From NCBI RefSeq assembly GCF_009914755.1, contig NC_060935.1: 64,000 nucleotides of DNA, one strand, 5' to 3'. Below are positions 21,562 through 38,004 of the stretch, in pieces. Source of the DNA: the human T2T-CHM13v2.0 reference genome, Homo sapiens. Made by a program: the position numbers and the translations under genes. The notes under the pieces are model-generated. The model saw only the letters and a program-made list of their open reading frames with translations, searched no databases and was not told the DNA's origin. Positions within the stretch are counted from its first letter, which is position 1. Each line of letters begins with the position of its first letter.

Positions 21562-22255
21562 GACCGTAACACAGATTAAATGAAAAAAAATTATTATTTT
21601 CTATACCACCTGTTAAAACTTACTTGCAATCTCAATATAATGTTGATGCTATCTCTGACATGTATGCTCTGAAACTCTGGGTAAATTACAACCTCTGTTG
21701 TATCTGAGATTCCTCACAGTAAAATTAAATTACATGCTCACTTTTCTACTAATGAGACATTTATAGTATAGTTGGTTAACTTCAGAAGTTTGTCACATAT
21801 AATATCACTATATTAAAAGTTACAGGCTGGTGTAATTATTCTCCTCTAGTTGCTAGCAGATTGTGTATTATGAATCTTTGTTATAGAGTGGCCATCAAAC
21901 CATTTATGTTCATTTTTAGACATCTTCCATATGAACTTTAAAATAATTTTGACAAGATCCGCAGAAAACTAATAAGTTTGGTTTGCAACAATTTAACATT
22001 ATACAATAATTTGGAAGAATTTTAATTTCTATAATATTCAATATTTCTACATGGAAAGAGTATGTCATAATTTTTCTAAATCTGTTATTATCTCTCAAAA
22101 GATTTTTCTAATTTTCCTCATAAAGGACACATTCCACATATTTCTTATTAGGAATATTGCTAGGTAACTTAATTTTTTTTTCTGCTTTAGTAGAATAACA
22201 CCTTGCTTCAATTATGCCCTTAACTGGTAATTACTAGTATGCTGGAAAACAATTT

Positions 22256-23560
<1,305 letters not shown>

Positions 23561-23909
23561 GGAAAACAATTTCTTAATGCATAGCTCACATCTGATCATT
23601 TACTAAACTCTCAATAATTTTAGAAGGATATTAGTTGATTCTTTTGAATTTCATGGATATGTAACTGTGTCAAAGTAAATATGGCCATTCTAGCTTTTGT
23701 CTGATAGTAAAAGCTTCTGATTTCTGTTTCAGATTTTGTCCAAAACTTCCAAAATACATGTTAACAGTAGGCATTTATATTTTGATGCTGAATCTGATGA
23801 AAATAATTGTCAAATTTGGTAACTGCATATGATGTATATAAGAAAGCATTCTTTAAGTAACATATTTCTAAGAATGTTTCAAAGGAATGGAAAGTGAATA
23901 TTAACTATT

Positions 23910-24530
23910 AATCATTTAGCAACAAATGAGTAAGTGTCTGCCATAACCTAGGAACTGCTCTAAGTCATGAGATTACGATGGGGAACAGGAGAGACAAGGT
24001 CCTTGCTGTCACAGAGCTTACTGATGGCAGACAATGAATGATTAAATAGTAATACGGATATAGCCAGCATTTACTTTACACTTAGTATGTGCAAGTAACT
24101 ACCTAAGTGTTTATATTTATTAATCATTCATTTCTCACAGCCCACTATTAGGAAAATATTTATACCCATTTTTAGAGGAATAAACTGAGGCAGAGAATGC
24201 TAAGTTAATGTGCCCACTGTCACATAACCAGGATTCCGAATCAGGGCATTTAGCACAGAGTCCAAACTCTTATCCACTAAATGATACTGCCTAAATGAAG
24301 GCAACAAAGTAATATCAGATTATTTATAGTGGCTAATAAAAAAATAAACAGGGTGACGTATTAGTGACTTGAAAGAAACTGCATTAAACAGAGAGTTAAG
24401 GAACAGTTTCTCTGAGGAAGTCATATCTGAGCTGGAAGCCATGAGAGGGGTAGGGAGCCACGGGACAGTGGTATGAAATGAGGCTCAAGGGGTATGTAAA
24501 GGCTGGGAGCATAGGCCAGAATAGAGAGTT
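23910..24530 (-). mobile_element. L2 fragment with nested MIR (about 24060-24292)
   Basis: L2 3'-end motifs and reverse MIR core (cccatttttagaggaataaactgaggcagaga). Confidence 0.6.
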
Positions 24531-27500
24531 TACAAATAAACAATTTTAAACATTTCAAAACATTTTAAAACACTGGGTTCCTTTAAAAATAACCAAATAT
24601 GTTTATCAGAAACCCAAAAGAGCATTAATAGGGAATTGGTTGAATAAATTATGGTACATCTGCACAGAGGATTATTGGTTGGCTTTTTTTTTATTTTTAA
24701 GGAGGATCTCTACCTACTGATAGGGAGTAATCTTCAGGATACATTAAGTCAAAAAAGCAAAGCAGAGAACAGCATATTTAGCATAAGAAAGGATGAGGAA
24801 TACACACATCACACACAAATTCACCCACACAAATATGCATGTACATGTGAGCTTATTTTTGCAAAAAGAAATACTAGAAGGATAAACTAGAAGCTAATAA
24901 AAATGGGTTAAAAACAACAGGTGGGGAAAGGGTAAAGGGTAAGAATAGGATGTGAAACTTCCCTGAGTGTATCTTTTTTATATAGCTTGACTTCTGAATC
25001 ATGTTAATGTTCTTTCTACATGTTCAAAACTAAATTTAAAATATTTAAAAAAGGACCACGTGCTTAGTGGGATATATTCTAAGGACCAAAAAACTCCTGC
25101 AAAGTAATATTTAACTTCATCCAACTCCTTTACTATTGGTAATAATATTGGTAACAACTTTATACATATTGTGGGACAAAACAAAGATTTTCCATGTGAG
25201 AGAAAATGAGATACAATTATAAGATCTAAAAGGTTAAGAAGAAAAACCTGTAATGTCAACTTTGACTTGGAAACATCAACATGAACTCATGATTAAAACA
25301 CTCACACACTTTCCTGAAGCTCTATCCACTTTAAAAGGCTTAGAAATAATGATATATTGGTTGCAATGAAGACCTCTGGTCTCAGATCTTGGGTGCTAAA
25401 TAAAATTCCTTATCAAAACAAACCCAGAATGCAAGTCAGAAGCAGGCAAAGCAGAAGATGAGAATGGAAAGCTTGTCACAGAAAGCAAGGGGATGCCCAC
25501 AGCTGAGGGATCCCTGAGTCAGACTCTTGTGGACACATCTGGGACGATCCACACATCATAAAGAATGGTTATAACTGATCATAAAAGATCAAATAAATAA
25601 AAATCCTGAGTCAGTAGTAATAGTATCCAAAAGAAAGAAAGGGAAAAAGTGACCATTTTCAACACAAATGAAGGGAGAACATTTTTTAAACTGCAGCAGT
25701 AGTCTGCCATATTGAACTAGGCTTCTCAACAGTAGAGAAAAGAACACATTCATTTCCTTCACATCGATTAGCAATTTTATAACTGGAATTATATACTGAC
25801 CAATAAACATACATCTTCACAATTCAGTGGTAAGTCAACGGAAACATATTTATAGTTATGATCCTCCAAACAAACTCTACTACACAATAACACCTCACTA
25901 GTCAAAACCAGTCTGTGCACAACTGGACTTCCCAGGACATTAGGTAACTGACTCTGCTTCTTGGTTTGGCAAGTTTAGATCAGGAACAAGGAAACGTGGC
26001 TATCTTTTCCTGTTAGGGTAAAGAGTATTCATGTTTATTTTTCCTAAATAGTGACACAAGGCGCAATTAAGTAAGAGTTGCAACAGAGCATAAAATTAAG
26101 ATAATGGAGGGTGTCACTGGCAACTCTGTGCCCCCATTTGGCACTCCAGGGCTCTGGGAAACTGTGCTGACATACGTGCAGCTCTGGCTTCTACTCTGAA
26201 TGGCCACTTTGCATTGTCACCTTTCCACAAAACATTGCTACGTAGATTAGAACTTCACATCTAAACTGGGTGTGTGAGTGGGAGGGGTGGATATGGTCTC
26301 TTCTTGCCCATCTACATCCCAATCTGAGACACTGAAATAATGGATATTCATAATGGTGACTAGTCATAAAGTCTTACGTGATTCCAAAAGCCTTCAAAGG
26401 AAGATTAAACTATGTTCTGCATAGTTTCAGCGCTGCTGGTGATGTTATTTTAATTGGACTCCTCTTCATTGTGGTAGACAGTAAGAAGTTCTGGCATACA
26501 TAATTAAATAATCAATTATTTATCAAGATAGATTAATTTCCCTGCCTTGGAGATTTAAATAAAACTATTCAATTTAATTATACTCAAATTTGAGGATCTA
26601 GTAACACTTCCAAATATAAATCTCTTAAATTAGTTTTCTTCATTTTAAACTTTCTTCCCATTTCTTAGACATTAAAGTAACCAAAAAGAGCTTATTTGGG
26701 ACACAAGCACTGATCCCCACCTGTTGCTTTCCTGTTCAATATTACTAGTTACTACCTTTTGAGGAGGAAAGTATCTAATACTGTTAATTCTATCAGAAGA
26801 TTTCTACTGACGAAGGCAGGATGTGGGGTTAGATGATTAAGTGCTTACAAACCCATTTCTACAGAACACTGGCAAGCAAGGCTGTGAGGATTAAGGTCCA
26901 CCAAACATCCTGGATTAGAGACACTAAAATGATACCAATGGTATTTCCACAGATAAAATATATAAAAAATAAAATGCAAACAATACTTAGACAAAAGCAA
27001 ACCATACTACTTTGTATTCAAATTTCCTACTTCAGAGCTAAAATACAACATGTGCCACAATGTTATTTAGACATGACACACTTTATATTTGCAATCTTTT
27101 TTTAAACCAAAGACAAACCCTACCAGGCCAGTCTTTCCAGTAGTTAAAAGCCTTTGCAGTATGACACACGACCTAGTATCTCCAAGGTAAATCTTTATGA
27201 TACCAATAACCAGTTTATAGAGAGATACTAAAAAACATGCAGTTCGTTAAGCCATAGTGAACCTTGGCATGGAGAGGCAGGGCAGTGCTGTTTAATTACA
27301 CCAGCGTAATACTTCCCCAGCAATCCCAACGAATTCTTGCTTGCTCATAATACTTTCTCTAAAGTTCTAGGAATTGGTTCCCAGAAATGTTCTAGACTGA
27401 CTTAAGATAAATCTGGGCTTGGATTAATTTCTGAGGGTGTATAGGAAAATGGTCTGTCCCAAGATAATGGCCTCAGCAGTAAGTTTATTTGATTATATAC

Positions 27501-29959
27501 ATCAAATTTTAGGAAAGGTAAAAAATTCACAACGTCAAGGAGACAAAATTAGAATGTAGTAGTGGGAATATATTAATACCTGTGCAGATTGTTCTGATTA
27601 AACCAAAGGTATAATAAGGTATGACTGTAATGTTTAACATGTCCAGTGGATTTTTACAGATTGTATATAATATCCTGTCTTTTATTCAAAGTTCCCAAAC
27701 AGATTAGATAACCACTGGGTAGAAATTTAAGTGAGGAGAATACAAATACAGGCAACTGGATTACATAATGTTTAAGGTTCTCTTATAATCTCACAAATTC
27801 TATCATTCTCAGTCTCTGTTGCATACCTTAAAGTACTTTATGTTAAACAGATATTAAAAGATTTGAATTTTAATTTAAAATTCCATAAATTGCTTTTATT
27901 TAAAGCACGACAATATATCTATTCACGCTAATGAATATGAAGAAAGAATTTTTCTCTAGACAACTATCAAATCCATTTAATGAACTAAAAATGTTCTGAA
28001 AATTCTGCTCTTCAAAAGAAAATATAACAAATGTTAAGAATTGGAAAAAAGTGCTGAAACAAAACTCCTATTGTATTATACCTAGTTTTAACCTGACTAC
28101 TATTTAAAAGCCTACTGGCTTAATGCTTAATCAGCTTTGTATTCACATAAGTCTCTAGAGACCAGTTTTAGGATACACTAACTGGAAAACACGACCAGAA
28201 GACACAGGCCTGGGGTATGACTGCCCTGGAAAATCAGGAGCTAACGTACTGATAGAAAGTATTAGAGCCCAATGTCAATGTACTTATTTTTAAAAATTGC
28301 TCAATACTTTGATTATACAGAAATATTTAAGAGAATAATATGATAAATATCCATGTCCTCATCATGCAGGTTTTTCAAATCTTAACATTGTGCCACATTA
28401 TTTCCTCAGATTATTTTCCCTTAAGTATAAAAGATAGAGCTGAAGCCACTGTTTCCGCAATCCTATTCTCCTACAGAGAGAACCTGTATCCTGAATTTAG
28501 CATTTATCATTTCCATCCATGTAACGACATACTGTAACGACATGTGTATGTAGCCATAAACAATACTAACATTTTGCATGTTTTTCAAATTCAGAAATGG
28601 AATCATCTGATATCAAACTTTCTGCAAAACTGTGTATTCTGAGATTTATCCACGGCACTTGTGGTTCAGTATATCACTTAAACTACATTACAATATTCTC
28701 TTTTAAGTATATACCACAACTTATATTTCCATTCTCCTGCTGTCAGAGTTTACAAGTGTTTGTTCTTACAATCCTGACTACACTGTATAATCTGGTAAGT
28801 GTCTCCCTGGGCACAAGTGACAGGACTTCTCTGGCACTCACGTTTAGGAGGAAAATTGTTGGGTTATAGAATATGCTACTTTTCAACCATATTTCAACTT
28901 TGCTAAAATATTATCTAAAATGATTTATCAATATACACTCTAATTAGATGTATTTTTCAGTCCTCATTCTTCAAATCTTTGTTCTACTTAGCTCTGTCAA
29001 ATTTCTGAAATTATATTTCACTTTAATACGCATTTCTGTGACTGCTAATCAGAATAGGCATTGTTTTCATATGTTTCATATGGCCATTCAGTTTTCTTCT
29101 TCAGTGAAATAACTGATCATATCCTTGCCCATTTTTCTATTTTGTTGTCTTTTTCTTACTGATGAATAAGAATTCTTCACATAATACAGAAATGAATCCT
29201 TTACGTATTATAAAGACTGACTCCAAGTCTATGGTTTATCTTTTATTGCACAAATTTTTAAATGTCTTTAGGTACAGAAATCATTCTGTACTTCAAGAGA
29301 TTTTCCTTACAAGTCATAAACATATTGCCCTATTTCTTCTAAAAACTTTTGCTTTTTCATGTTTTTTAGGGAGAGATATATACTTTTTTCCATATGTATA
29401 ATCAACTATTCTGCCATCTTTAATCGAATAACCTTTTTATCACTGAATTGTAAGACTGATTCTATCTTACGTGAAAAATGCATATAGCATGTAAGACGTC
29501 TGTTTCTGAGTTGTCTCATTTCTCTCTATCAATACCTCACTTTCTTAATTTGTAAGTCTTAACTGGAAAGATGAGTCCCTTCATTCACTATTATTTTCTA
29601 AAACTGCCTTATTTTTAGCCATTTCCCATTTCACATAAATTTTAGAATCAGCTTGTCAAATTAGAAGGAGAAAAAAAACTTTTTGGAATCTCATTGAAGC
29701 TGCACTGAATTATAGATTATTTTGGAGGACAGACTTCTTTATGATACTGAGCTTTCTTTTCCATGAACATAATAGATCTCTCCACTTATTTACAATTTGC
29801 TTATGTCCTTCAATAAATTGTTCAAATTTCCTTTCATAAAAGTCTTACGAACTTTTGTTGTAGATAGTCTTAGGAACTTTATGACTTTCTTGATGTTATA
29901 AAATGGTGTTTTCTAAATTACATTTTCTAATCATTTATTATTGGTGTACAGAAATGCAA

Positions 29960-30510
29960 TTAGCATGGTTGCAAAGGGTAGACTCAGGAGTCAGACCTCT
30001 GGGGTTCCAATCTTGCCTCTGCAGCTCCTAACGGTATGATTATGGAGAAATATTTAAATTCTCAGTATTTCATTTTCCTCATCTATGAAAAAGTTTAGGC
30101 CAGGCATGGTGGCTCATGCCTGTAATCCCAGCACTTTGGGAGGCCAAGGCGGGCAGATCACAAGGTCAGGAGTTCGAGACCAGCCTGGCCAACATGGCGA
30201 AAACCTGTCTCTACTAAAAATACAAAAATTAGCCGGGTGTGGTGGCGGGCACCTGTAATCGCAGCTACTCAGCAGGCAGGAGAATCATTTGAACCTGGAG
30301 GCGGAGGCTGCAGTGAGCTGAGATCGTGCCATTGCATTCCAGCCTAGGTGACAAGAGCAAGACCCGGTCTCAAAAAAAAAAAAAAAGAAAAAGAAAAAAA
30401 AAGTTTAAAATAATAACTACTGAACAGCATTATTGTGAGAATTAAATGAGTTAAAATTATAAAGCACTTAGTGCTAGACAGAAAAACTTAATAAATGTGC
30501 TATTGTTATT
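29960..30510 (+). mobile_element. MIR split by an Alu
   Basis: ggagtcagacct...cattttcctcatctatgaaa [Alu] ...ttgtgagaattaaatgagttaa...taataaatgtgctattgttatt. Confidence 0.75.
30098..30397 (+). mobile_element. AluS (Sg-like)
   Basis: Full dimer; TSD aaaaagttta on both sides. Confidence 0.94.
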
Positions 30511-30941
30511 TTTGTATTATTTATCTTTTATTCAGCAACCTTGCTGAACTCTTTTATTATTTCTTAAAATTTGACTGTAGAATCATCTGGATTTATAAAT
30601 CTGCAAATAATACACATTTGATTCTTCCCTTCCAATCCTTTTAATTCTTTTTGTCTAACTTCACTGGACCTCCAATAAATGCCTCTCTTGTTCCTGACTT
30701 TAAATAGATTATTTCTTATGTTTCACCATTAAGAATAAAATTCACTTGGGTTTGTTGGGTAGAAACCTTAAATATACAGAAATTACCTATCCCCAATTGC
30801 TAAGATATATAAAAGGAACAAGTGTTGACCTTTATCAAATGATTTCTCTCCATCTATTAAGCTGATATTTTAGTTTGTCTTGTTTAAGTTTTGAATGAGG
30901 TACACTAAATTTGTAACTACTTTCTTTTCTTGCTTCTGACT

Positions 30942-31018
30942 TTGTTTTTTATTATTATTTTTATTTATTTATTTATTACTATACTTGAAGTTCTGGGATA
31001 CAAGTGCAGAACGTGCAG
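30942..31018 (-). mobile_element. Extremely truncated L1PA 3' terminus (about 45 nt plus tail)
   Basis: (T)-rich tail followed by tatacttgaagttctgggatacaagtgcagaacgtgcag. Confidence 0.8.
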
Positions 31019-34000
31019 AAGGCTTGCTTTTATGCTTTTATATTTTTAAATACTTTTATACTCCTACTTTCCTTGTATCCTTTGCAGTGACATAAATGAG
31101 TGCAATAGACTTGAAAAGGCAAGTGGCAATTTAAAAAAATAACAGCCTTAAGCCAGGGCAAAGTTCCGTCTTAGCAACTGTAATAAATGTAAGAATACTG
31201 TAAACATATTAGATGTGAACTTCTAGTAAAGGAAGACAAACACAGAAGAACTGTATTGGGTGAAAGCACCAAGAAAGAATGGAAAAACAACAATAGGCAT
31301 CAGCAAATACCTTAAATAGCAGCAAAGAAAAATGACATCGATTTACAGTTAGAGTCTTAAGTAAGTAGTTGAAGTGAACTGTGTACTTAGTATTTTCAAA
31401 TTTATTAAAAGGAATATTGCCAAGAGTTGTAAAACTAAACTTATCTTTAGCAAGCATTGTTATATGACCCAAAAGGATCTTTAGGCAACTGAGAAAGTTT
31501 CTGAAAAACTTTAGTTCGCATTCATCTTGGGAAATATGTGATATGAATCTTACTCAGTCTATAGCCTTGATTATATCAGTTAAATTAGTGTAAGCTTAAC
31601 CAACAAAGCTTTTATTTACAAATAACTGGACTCAAATTAATCTGTGATTCACTAGAGTAATAACTCTACAAATCTTTTAAATAAAAATTTGTAGGTAGTT
31701 GGGCAAGATTTCAATATGCAATGTAAATATTAAAGGAACCGAACAAATACTTTTTCCAATAATACAGAAATATTACAAGTATTCTATAGAAAAATATACC
31801 CTTTTGAAACTTTTCCTTTTTATAACACAAAAAGACTTTAACATAAATAAGGCTTTCATATCATTATGACTAATGATATAAAAGTTCTTTAAGCCAATGA
31901 CTAAAAATACACATGAATAACTCTGGCGATGTGTTTTTCCAGTTTTACAAAAAATATCATTCAAATCAGAGTAAAGGGGTTTCTTGCAAAGTAAACCCAG
32001 CCAAGTTTTGTTTGATGGAATAAGGACATGCTGAAGAAATTCTGTCACTGACTATTCCTATCTCTGTGAATCTTCTGGTCTGTTTTGTGATAGCTCTGCC
32101 CTCTCTCTGGCACCACCCACTGACCTGCTCCCAGTCCTACAAAGGCAGTATGAAGGAAAAGGTAAATCCTAACCCAGATAGTCAACAAAAATTGAAGGAA
32201 AATCTAGATGCTACAGTAATACCATAACGATAATTATTGTATACATAATGATTATTGAGTGCTTACTATTTTACTGTGTGCCAGGGCTTTACATGTATTA
32301 ACTAATTTAATCTGTTTGTATTAACATCACATTCAAAATAATTCACATTCAAAATATAAACAAGTCTCTAATCATCCGAATTACCTCCTTAAAAGTTGAT
32401 ATCAAAAGAACAGGTATGTTAAATAAATTCTAATTATCTCCCATCACATTCTGTGTAATAACTTAAATGTAATAAGTTATCAGAATTACAAAACTTTATT
32501 CCTTTCCTCTCTTCTATATATCTATTTCTAATTATCAAGATAATTTATTATTCATATTTCAATTCATTTTCTTTAGTTTATTCGGTAATATCCTATAATA
32601 TCTAAATACACAGTTGTGTGTGTGGTAAAAACATGTAGTAAGCATAAAATGTTAGCAATCCTATTTGAAGATTTAAAAATACATCCTTGAACCAATGACC
32701 TAGTCATTGAAAGCTTTTATTGTTTTCCAATAATAAGACATATAGTCTAATTAAGGTCATCCATCCAATCATGACATCATTGGCTAAGGTATGTGCTAGT
32801 GAAAAAGTACCAGACCAAGAATGTGGAGAGACAGTTTTAATCCCGATTCTGCCAATAACTCACTATAAGATTTTAGAAAAGGAAATTAAGCAGTTTAGAC
32901 CTCAGATTAGTAATATGAAAAATGAGAAGTTTAACCAGACAATACGATTCTAGATTTTAATGAAAATACCTGAGAAATCATAAAGTACTCTGAGAATGTA
33001 TGAAGTGTCAATAGCATACAAAGCTCTAAAATCTAAGAAACATACCTTTAGTTTAGGGAAATTTATCAGGAGAAAAAAAGACATCATTTAAAACGTCATT
33101 GGAGAACTTTGTCAAAAAAAATTAGGTTCTCTAAATCATCTTGGAAAAAGGCTGGTATAAAAATTTAAGATAAAAAAATCACTGTTAAAGGTTATTAAGC
33201 ATATTAGGTTTAACACTTTTTAAATTAATTTTAATTATTTAGTTCCATGAATGCTTAGTAGTAATAAGGAGTCCTTACATAACTAATTTACATAACATGC
33301 TTATAACTGTTTCTTGGACTTGATGCTTGTACTACCTTTAATTGCTAAGGACATTCACAGTTGCTGGTCATGCCATATGGTATACTGTTGTTTACTTCTT
33401 TATTTGCTTGCAAGTCCTTGGTCAACAGTACAATGGTCACTTATAATATTCTTTGTATTAGAAAATGCCACATACTTTATAAAAATTATTTTTTGACATA
33501 GGTTTCAAGAGTTTACTGCAGTAAAAGAAAAATAAGGTAAATATCATCTGTATGTTCTGAACTTCTGAAAACTTATAATCTATCAGGTTGACGCTCACAA
33601 AGCAAAATTCTCAGTGTCTCTCTAGGAACCACTTTTTAAAATCAGGAATATAACAGTTTTTCAGCCTTGGGCTTCATTCCCCACTCCTATCCCAAGTATA
33701 TGTCAAAAATTTTTTTTAGATAAATTGAGTCTTGAATTTTAATGTACTACAAAGCTATTGTAGAGTAGGAAAGTACAGAATCACTTTTGATCAATATATC
33801 ACAAACAACTTTGGAAGTAAGAGGAAAAAAACACAGTTCTTTAACTGATGTATATAACAGCTGCAAGGGCTGTCTCAGAAAAGCTATCTGGGACCGGATC
33901 AGGAATTAAATGAAACAGTTTGCTATTCCAACCTCAAAGGAATAAAACCAAGTATCTCAGAAATTCATATACATGCAAGGCCACATTTAAAATAGCACCA

Positions 34001-36781
34001 CTAGTAATGGCTCTTGACTGAAAAATGGGAAAGCTACTAACAGTTATATAATTCAAACAGGGTTCTATCTAATTATGAGAGAAGAGTAGACATTTCAAAA
34101 GGCATTACTGACTGGAATGCAAATGAATAACATTAAGGGATCTAGAAAATAAATCTTAGTAGATTTTAGAAAAGAATCTTTTAGACACAGAAGAGGTAAC
34201 AACAATTCACTGAGAGAAAGAGAGCAGAAAATGGGCCACAAACTGCTTCTTCAGAATATCCAGCACAACTCATGTTGAATGGCATACCAATGGTTAACTA
34301 AAATATTGGGATATTTGAATAAAACTGTATCTCTTCTCCAGGGTTAAAGATGAAACCAAAGCAACATCACTATGCTGCTGCCCTTCCTAGAGGAGTACAC
34401 AAACTGTTACAACACAGAACCTGCTCATGCTAGACCTTTAAAAATCATAGTTCCCTTGGGAAAATGGTCATACGGTTAAGATAAGACTATTATTATCTAC
34501 ATTACACACTTACTTTTCTAGAAGCTACAGATTTCAGTTATAAATATCAAAGAAGGTTCAAATTTAGATTATGTTATTTTAGGTTGATATAAATAAGTTA
34601 CACCTTTTTCCTGCTAAAAGTGATACTAATTTTTATTTCGAAATTTAAATTACAAATTTAAAATAATAAATACGATTGGTTCTGTTTCTCGACTTGGTAC
34701 AAAATCAAAGTAAGAAGTATTTTTAACTTGCTGACTTTACCACCTCGGTTATTATATAAGAGACTATGACTAATTTCATTTCTAAAAACAGAAAAGGAAG
34801 ATTTGCATTTTACCAGAAGCAGGAGGAAAAAACATGAAGTAGATATAAATTCCTGACACTTAAAGTATTTTAAAATTGGAATGGGATATTATATACAGAA
34901 TATAGATTTTAAAACCTGCTAAGAAATTTTAAATTGTCTGGGCTCTTATTTTTCCAGGATGAACTAGTACTACTTGATAAGAAGCTTAAAAGCTAGTACT
35001 ATCTCAGGAAGACATGCTTGTGTATTCTTACAAAAATTAAATATAACACACACAAATTCTTAGGAATTCAGGTACATCAAAGGTAACAGGACTACCAAAA
35101 TATACATTAGTTCTAGAAATTGGAAAACTTAGAACCTTAATTTTAATGGTGTAAAAACTCTCTTTTGAGATAAATTTTTGTCAGATTAAATTGTAATCAC
35201 ATGTACTTTAATGTCACAGTCCTCTGCACTTTATTAAGCTATGAAGTTTGGTGTGGAACTTTGATACTATCAGAGGTGGTTTTTGATTTTGTGGGTTTTG
35301 TTTTGTTTTGCAGGAAGTAGAGGGGAAAGTTTCTATATTTGGTGAGTATGGAACTGACAATGAGTTCTTGTTAAAGAAATAGGCTTTGGAATCAGACCAA
35401 AGGGTTATAATTCAGTCCCTAATCACTTTCCAGTTGCAAGATCTTGAGCAAATTACCTATTTAAGTCTCAATTCTTTCACTCACAATGGAAATGACCCTA
35501 ACAACAGCTCTCACTAAGGTTACTATGATGCTTACATGAAGTGTATGTGCCAAACATTAAATTCTGTGTCAATCAATAGGAGCTATTATTACTACTACAA
35601 TTTCTTGTTACATTTCATCTGAAAACTTTGAGAATCCCTGAGGTACAGGGCTAACCAGAAAACTGACTCAGCTTTCCAGAACCTGGAATCTGGCTATCTA
35701 TCCTGGAATCAGCACTGAGAACATGGCATCACTTTCTAGTCCTTCCTGCTCTAATTTTCTTAAATATAAACTTAACCTAAGACATTTTAGATTTCTATCT
35801 TCCACTAAATGCCATATAGCATTCTTTTTTAAAAAAAGAAATCATAGTTCAAACCATTATTATATGAGCAGTAGATGCTTTTTTAAAAAGCTGACTATGA
35901 AAATGAGCTCTAAATTCTGAAATTCCCCCATTTATGGTTTTAAAAATTAAAATATTGCTGTCATTTAAGCACTAGTGCAACAATCCTGGAAAGAAAAATG
36001 TTCAACCTCTGTTAAGAAGTTGAACATACTAATCAGCCCTATTAAGGGCTGATTTGTGATTCAGAGAAAATTCTGGTCTCCATGTTATTTTAATGAAAGG
36101 CATTTATTACCGAGGTCTAAAGAAACACCATATACATACGGAACACCACCTTAGTGGTAAAATCTCTGAGATTTAATACAAAATATTTTATGGATGGAGA
36201 TGGTTATCCTTACCAATGCCAATACCAAAGAGGCGGGGAAGAACCATACTTGAAGGGAAAAGGCCAGAAAGGTTACTTCTTCGTGCAAACTTGAGGAGCC
36301 TCTTTACACAGTCTACCAAATTATTTTAAGTGCATTAGCACTGCCCATTTCCATTAATCAATAATTGAAATATTATTAACCCACCAGGAAAAAAATTAAA
36401 AAGATGATATAAGCTGGCTGCTTAAGAAATAAAGGCAGGTTCTTTTAATCATAAAAACTTTTATTATATTAAACTAATGTATAGAAAACAAGAAATAAGC
36501 TGATTGGAAATAGGAGAAAAAAAGATATTTCTTGAAACCGACTGGGAACATCTGTGTTGTACAATCAGCAAAGCCTACTTCAAAAAGTATAAACTTTTTG
36601 ACAAACATGACAAATACTAATGTTCAAGTGCTGAATTTCTAGATAATTAAATAATTAACCATTTACCTAAGAGAGCAACCAAGGTAACATGTGCCCAAAT
36701 ATAATCTAAACATAGTTTCAGTGAAAAATTCTGAATGTTGCTTGAGTCAAATATTTAAATGACTGATTGAGATCTCCTTAC

Positions 36782-37220
36782 CTCTTGTTGTGGTACAAGT
36801 TTTAAGATCAATACTTAAAATTATTCCAAATGACTATATTTAGCAGTAGATTCATCAGGATACAACAGCTCTGCATTCCGTACAAGAGTGTAGAAAATAA
36901 ATCATAATCCAACTGGTTCCAACCTCACCACCACAGGTTAACTTCAAGTTAGGTCCCACATCACTGCCGGGTTCCAGCTGTTTTCAGGACCCCCTGCAGC
37001 AGCAGTTTTCTTGGCCCTGTTTTCAGTCCAGTCAGTGGAGCCCAGCAAGCCAGCAAGTGTGTGGGAGAGCTCTGCCTCCAGGAGCTTAATCCTCCTCTCT
37101 CAGCACATACTGCTTTGCAACACCACAGAAACGCCCCAGCCTAAACTCACACTTGCAGAACAGGCTTCACCAGAAGAGCTCCACCCATCAACCCCACACA
37201 GGTGAGCACTTCCTGCTCAG
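36782..37220 (-). promoter_or_regulatory. ARHGAP32: Probable internal promoter and non-coding first exon of the short ARHGAP32 (RICS/p250GAP) isoform; 5' boundary approximate
   Basis: Non-repeat GC-richer island in an AT-rich intron ending at a strong donor GAG|gtaagg (36781-36780). An in-frame TAG near the exon end makes ATG 11347 the first in-frame start. ETS (caggaagt), KLF/GC-box (ggggcgt) and E-box motifs are present. A short isoform starting MKSRPTK is known. Confidence 0.65.
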
Positions 37221-38004
37221 AAAACACCAGTATGAAATTGATATTAAATTATGTCTTTTCTCTTTTTAAAAGTTAATTGCTTTTCAGTTGTTTGCTAAGT
37301 AGGTGGGAGACAGTGTATCCAATAAAAATGATAGCACTTTAGGCTCCTTTAAAATAAGAAAAGTAATTGATCAAGTAGGAAGTACTGCCAGTAAAAGGCT
37401 GAATCACTAAAACAACAGGATAGGCTGAGAAAACAAATCTTTTAATATCTTTGCTGATACTGAGCTAAGATTGTTATTCTACTAACACATTTTTTTAAGT
37501 ATCAACTTACACAGTCTCTGTGTGAAAAATTCTAAGACAATCTCTTATGCAATTATTAGGGAAAAAAATAAAAAAGGTTTCTTCAGAATGGGAAATCCAG
37601 AATTAAACAAGTTTTCCCAAGTACAACCTTCTCCTTCATACACTACACAGATGTTAAATATGTAACTCTCCTTCACCCATGGAGTCCCAAGGTACTTCTT
37701 TTCCTCTACCAGAGACATTCATTAGCAAAAGTGAAAATCTTTGGCAACTATTATCAAACTGACAATCAATCTCAATTCGTGACTTTTTAAAGCTTTAAAG
37801 ATTCTTATTAGTTATTTGCATAAATACAATATAAATACTGAGATTCAATACTTCTACTAAATAATAATACTGAACTGTGTTAACCCAATTATGTATTTAT
37901 TGAAGAAACAAATGAATTGGAAAATATTTACATATTTTCCATTCCAATGACTTTTTACTAATATTAATGTAAATTCTACCCTCAGGTATTTTTTAATTTA
38001 CAAA

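Larger units (their letters stand above)
28290..30900 (-). mobile_element. Ancient L1ME-type fragment, interrupted by a MIR and an Alu
   Basis: Diverged antisense L1 ORF2/3' motifs (ttttagaatcagcttgtcaa, ttccatgaacat, gcaaccttgctgaactc). Confidence 0.6.

Noticed and set aside
36200-36220. Additional minus-strand donor-like site TTG|gtaagg
   Set aside because: No convincing partner acceptor or promoter; isolated donor motifs are common.
37011-37205. Plus-strand 64-aa ORF in the GC-richer island
   Set aside because: Non-ATG start, no recognisable homology; better explained as antisense to the putative first exon.
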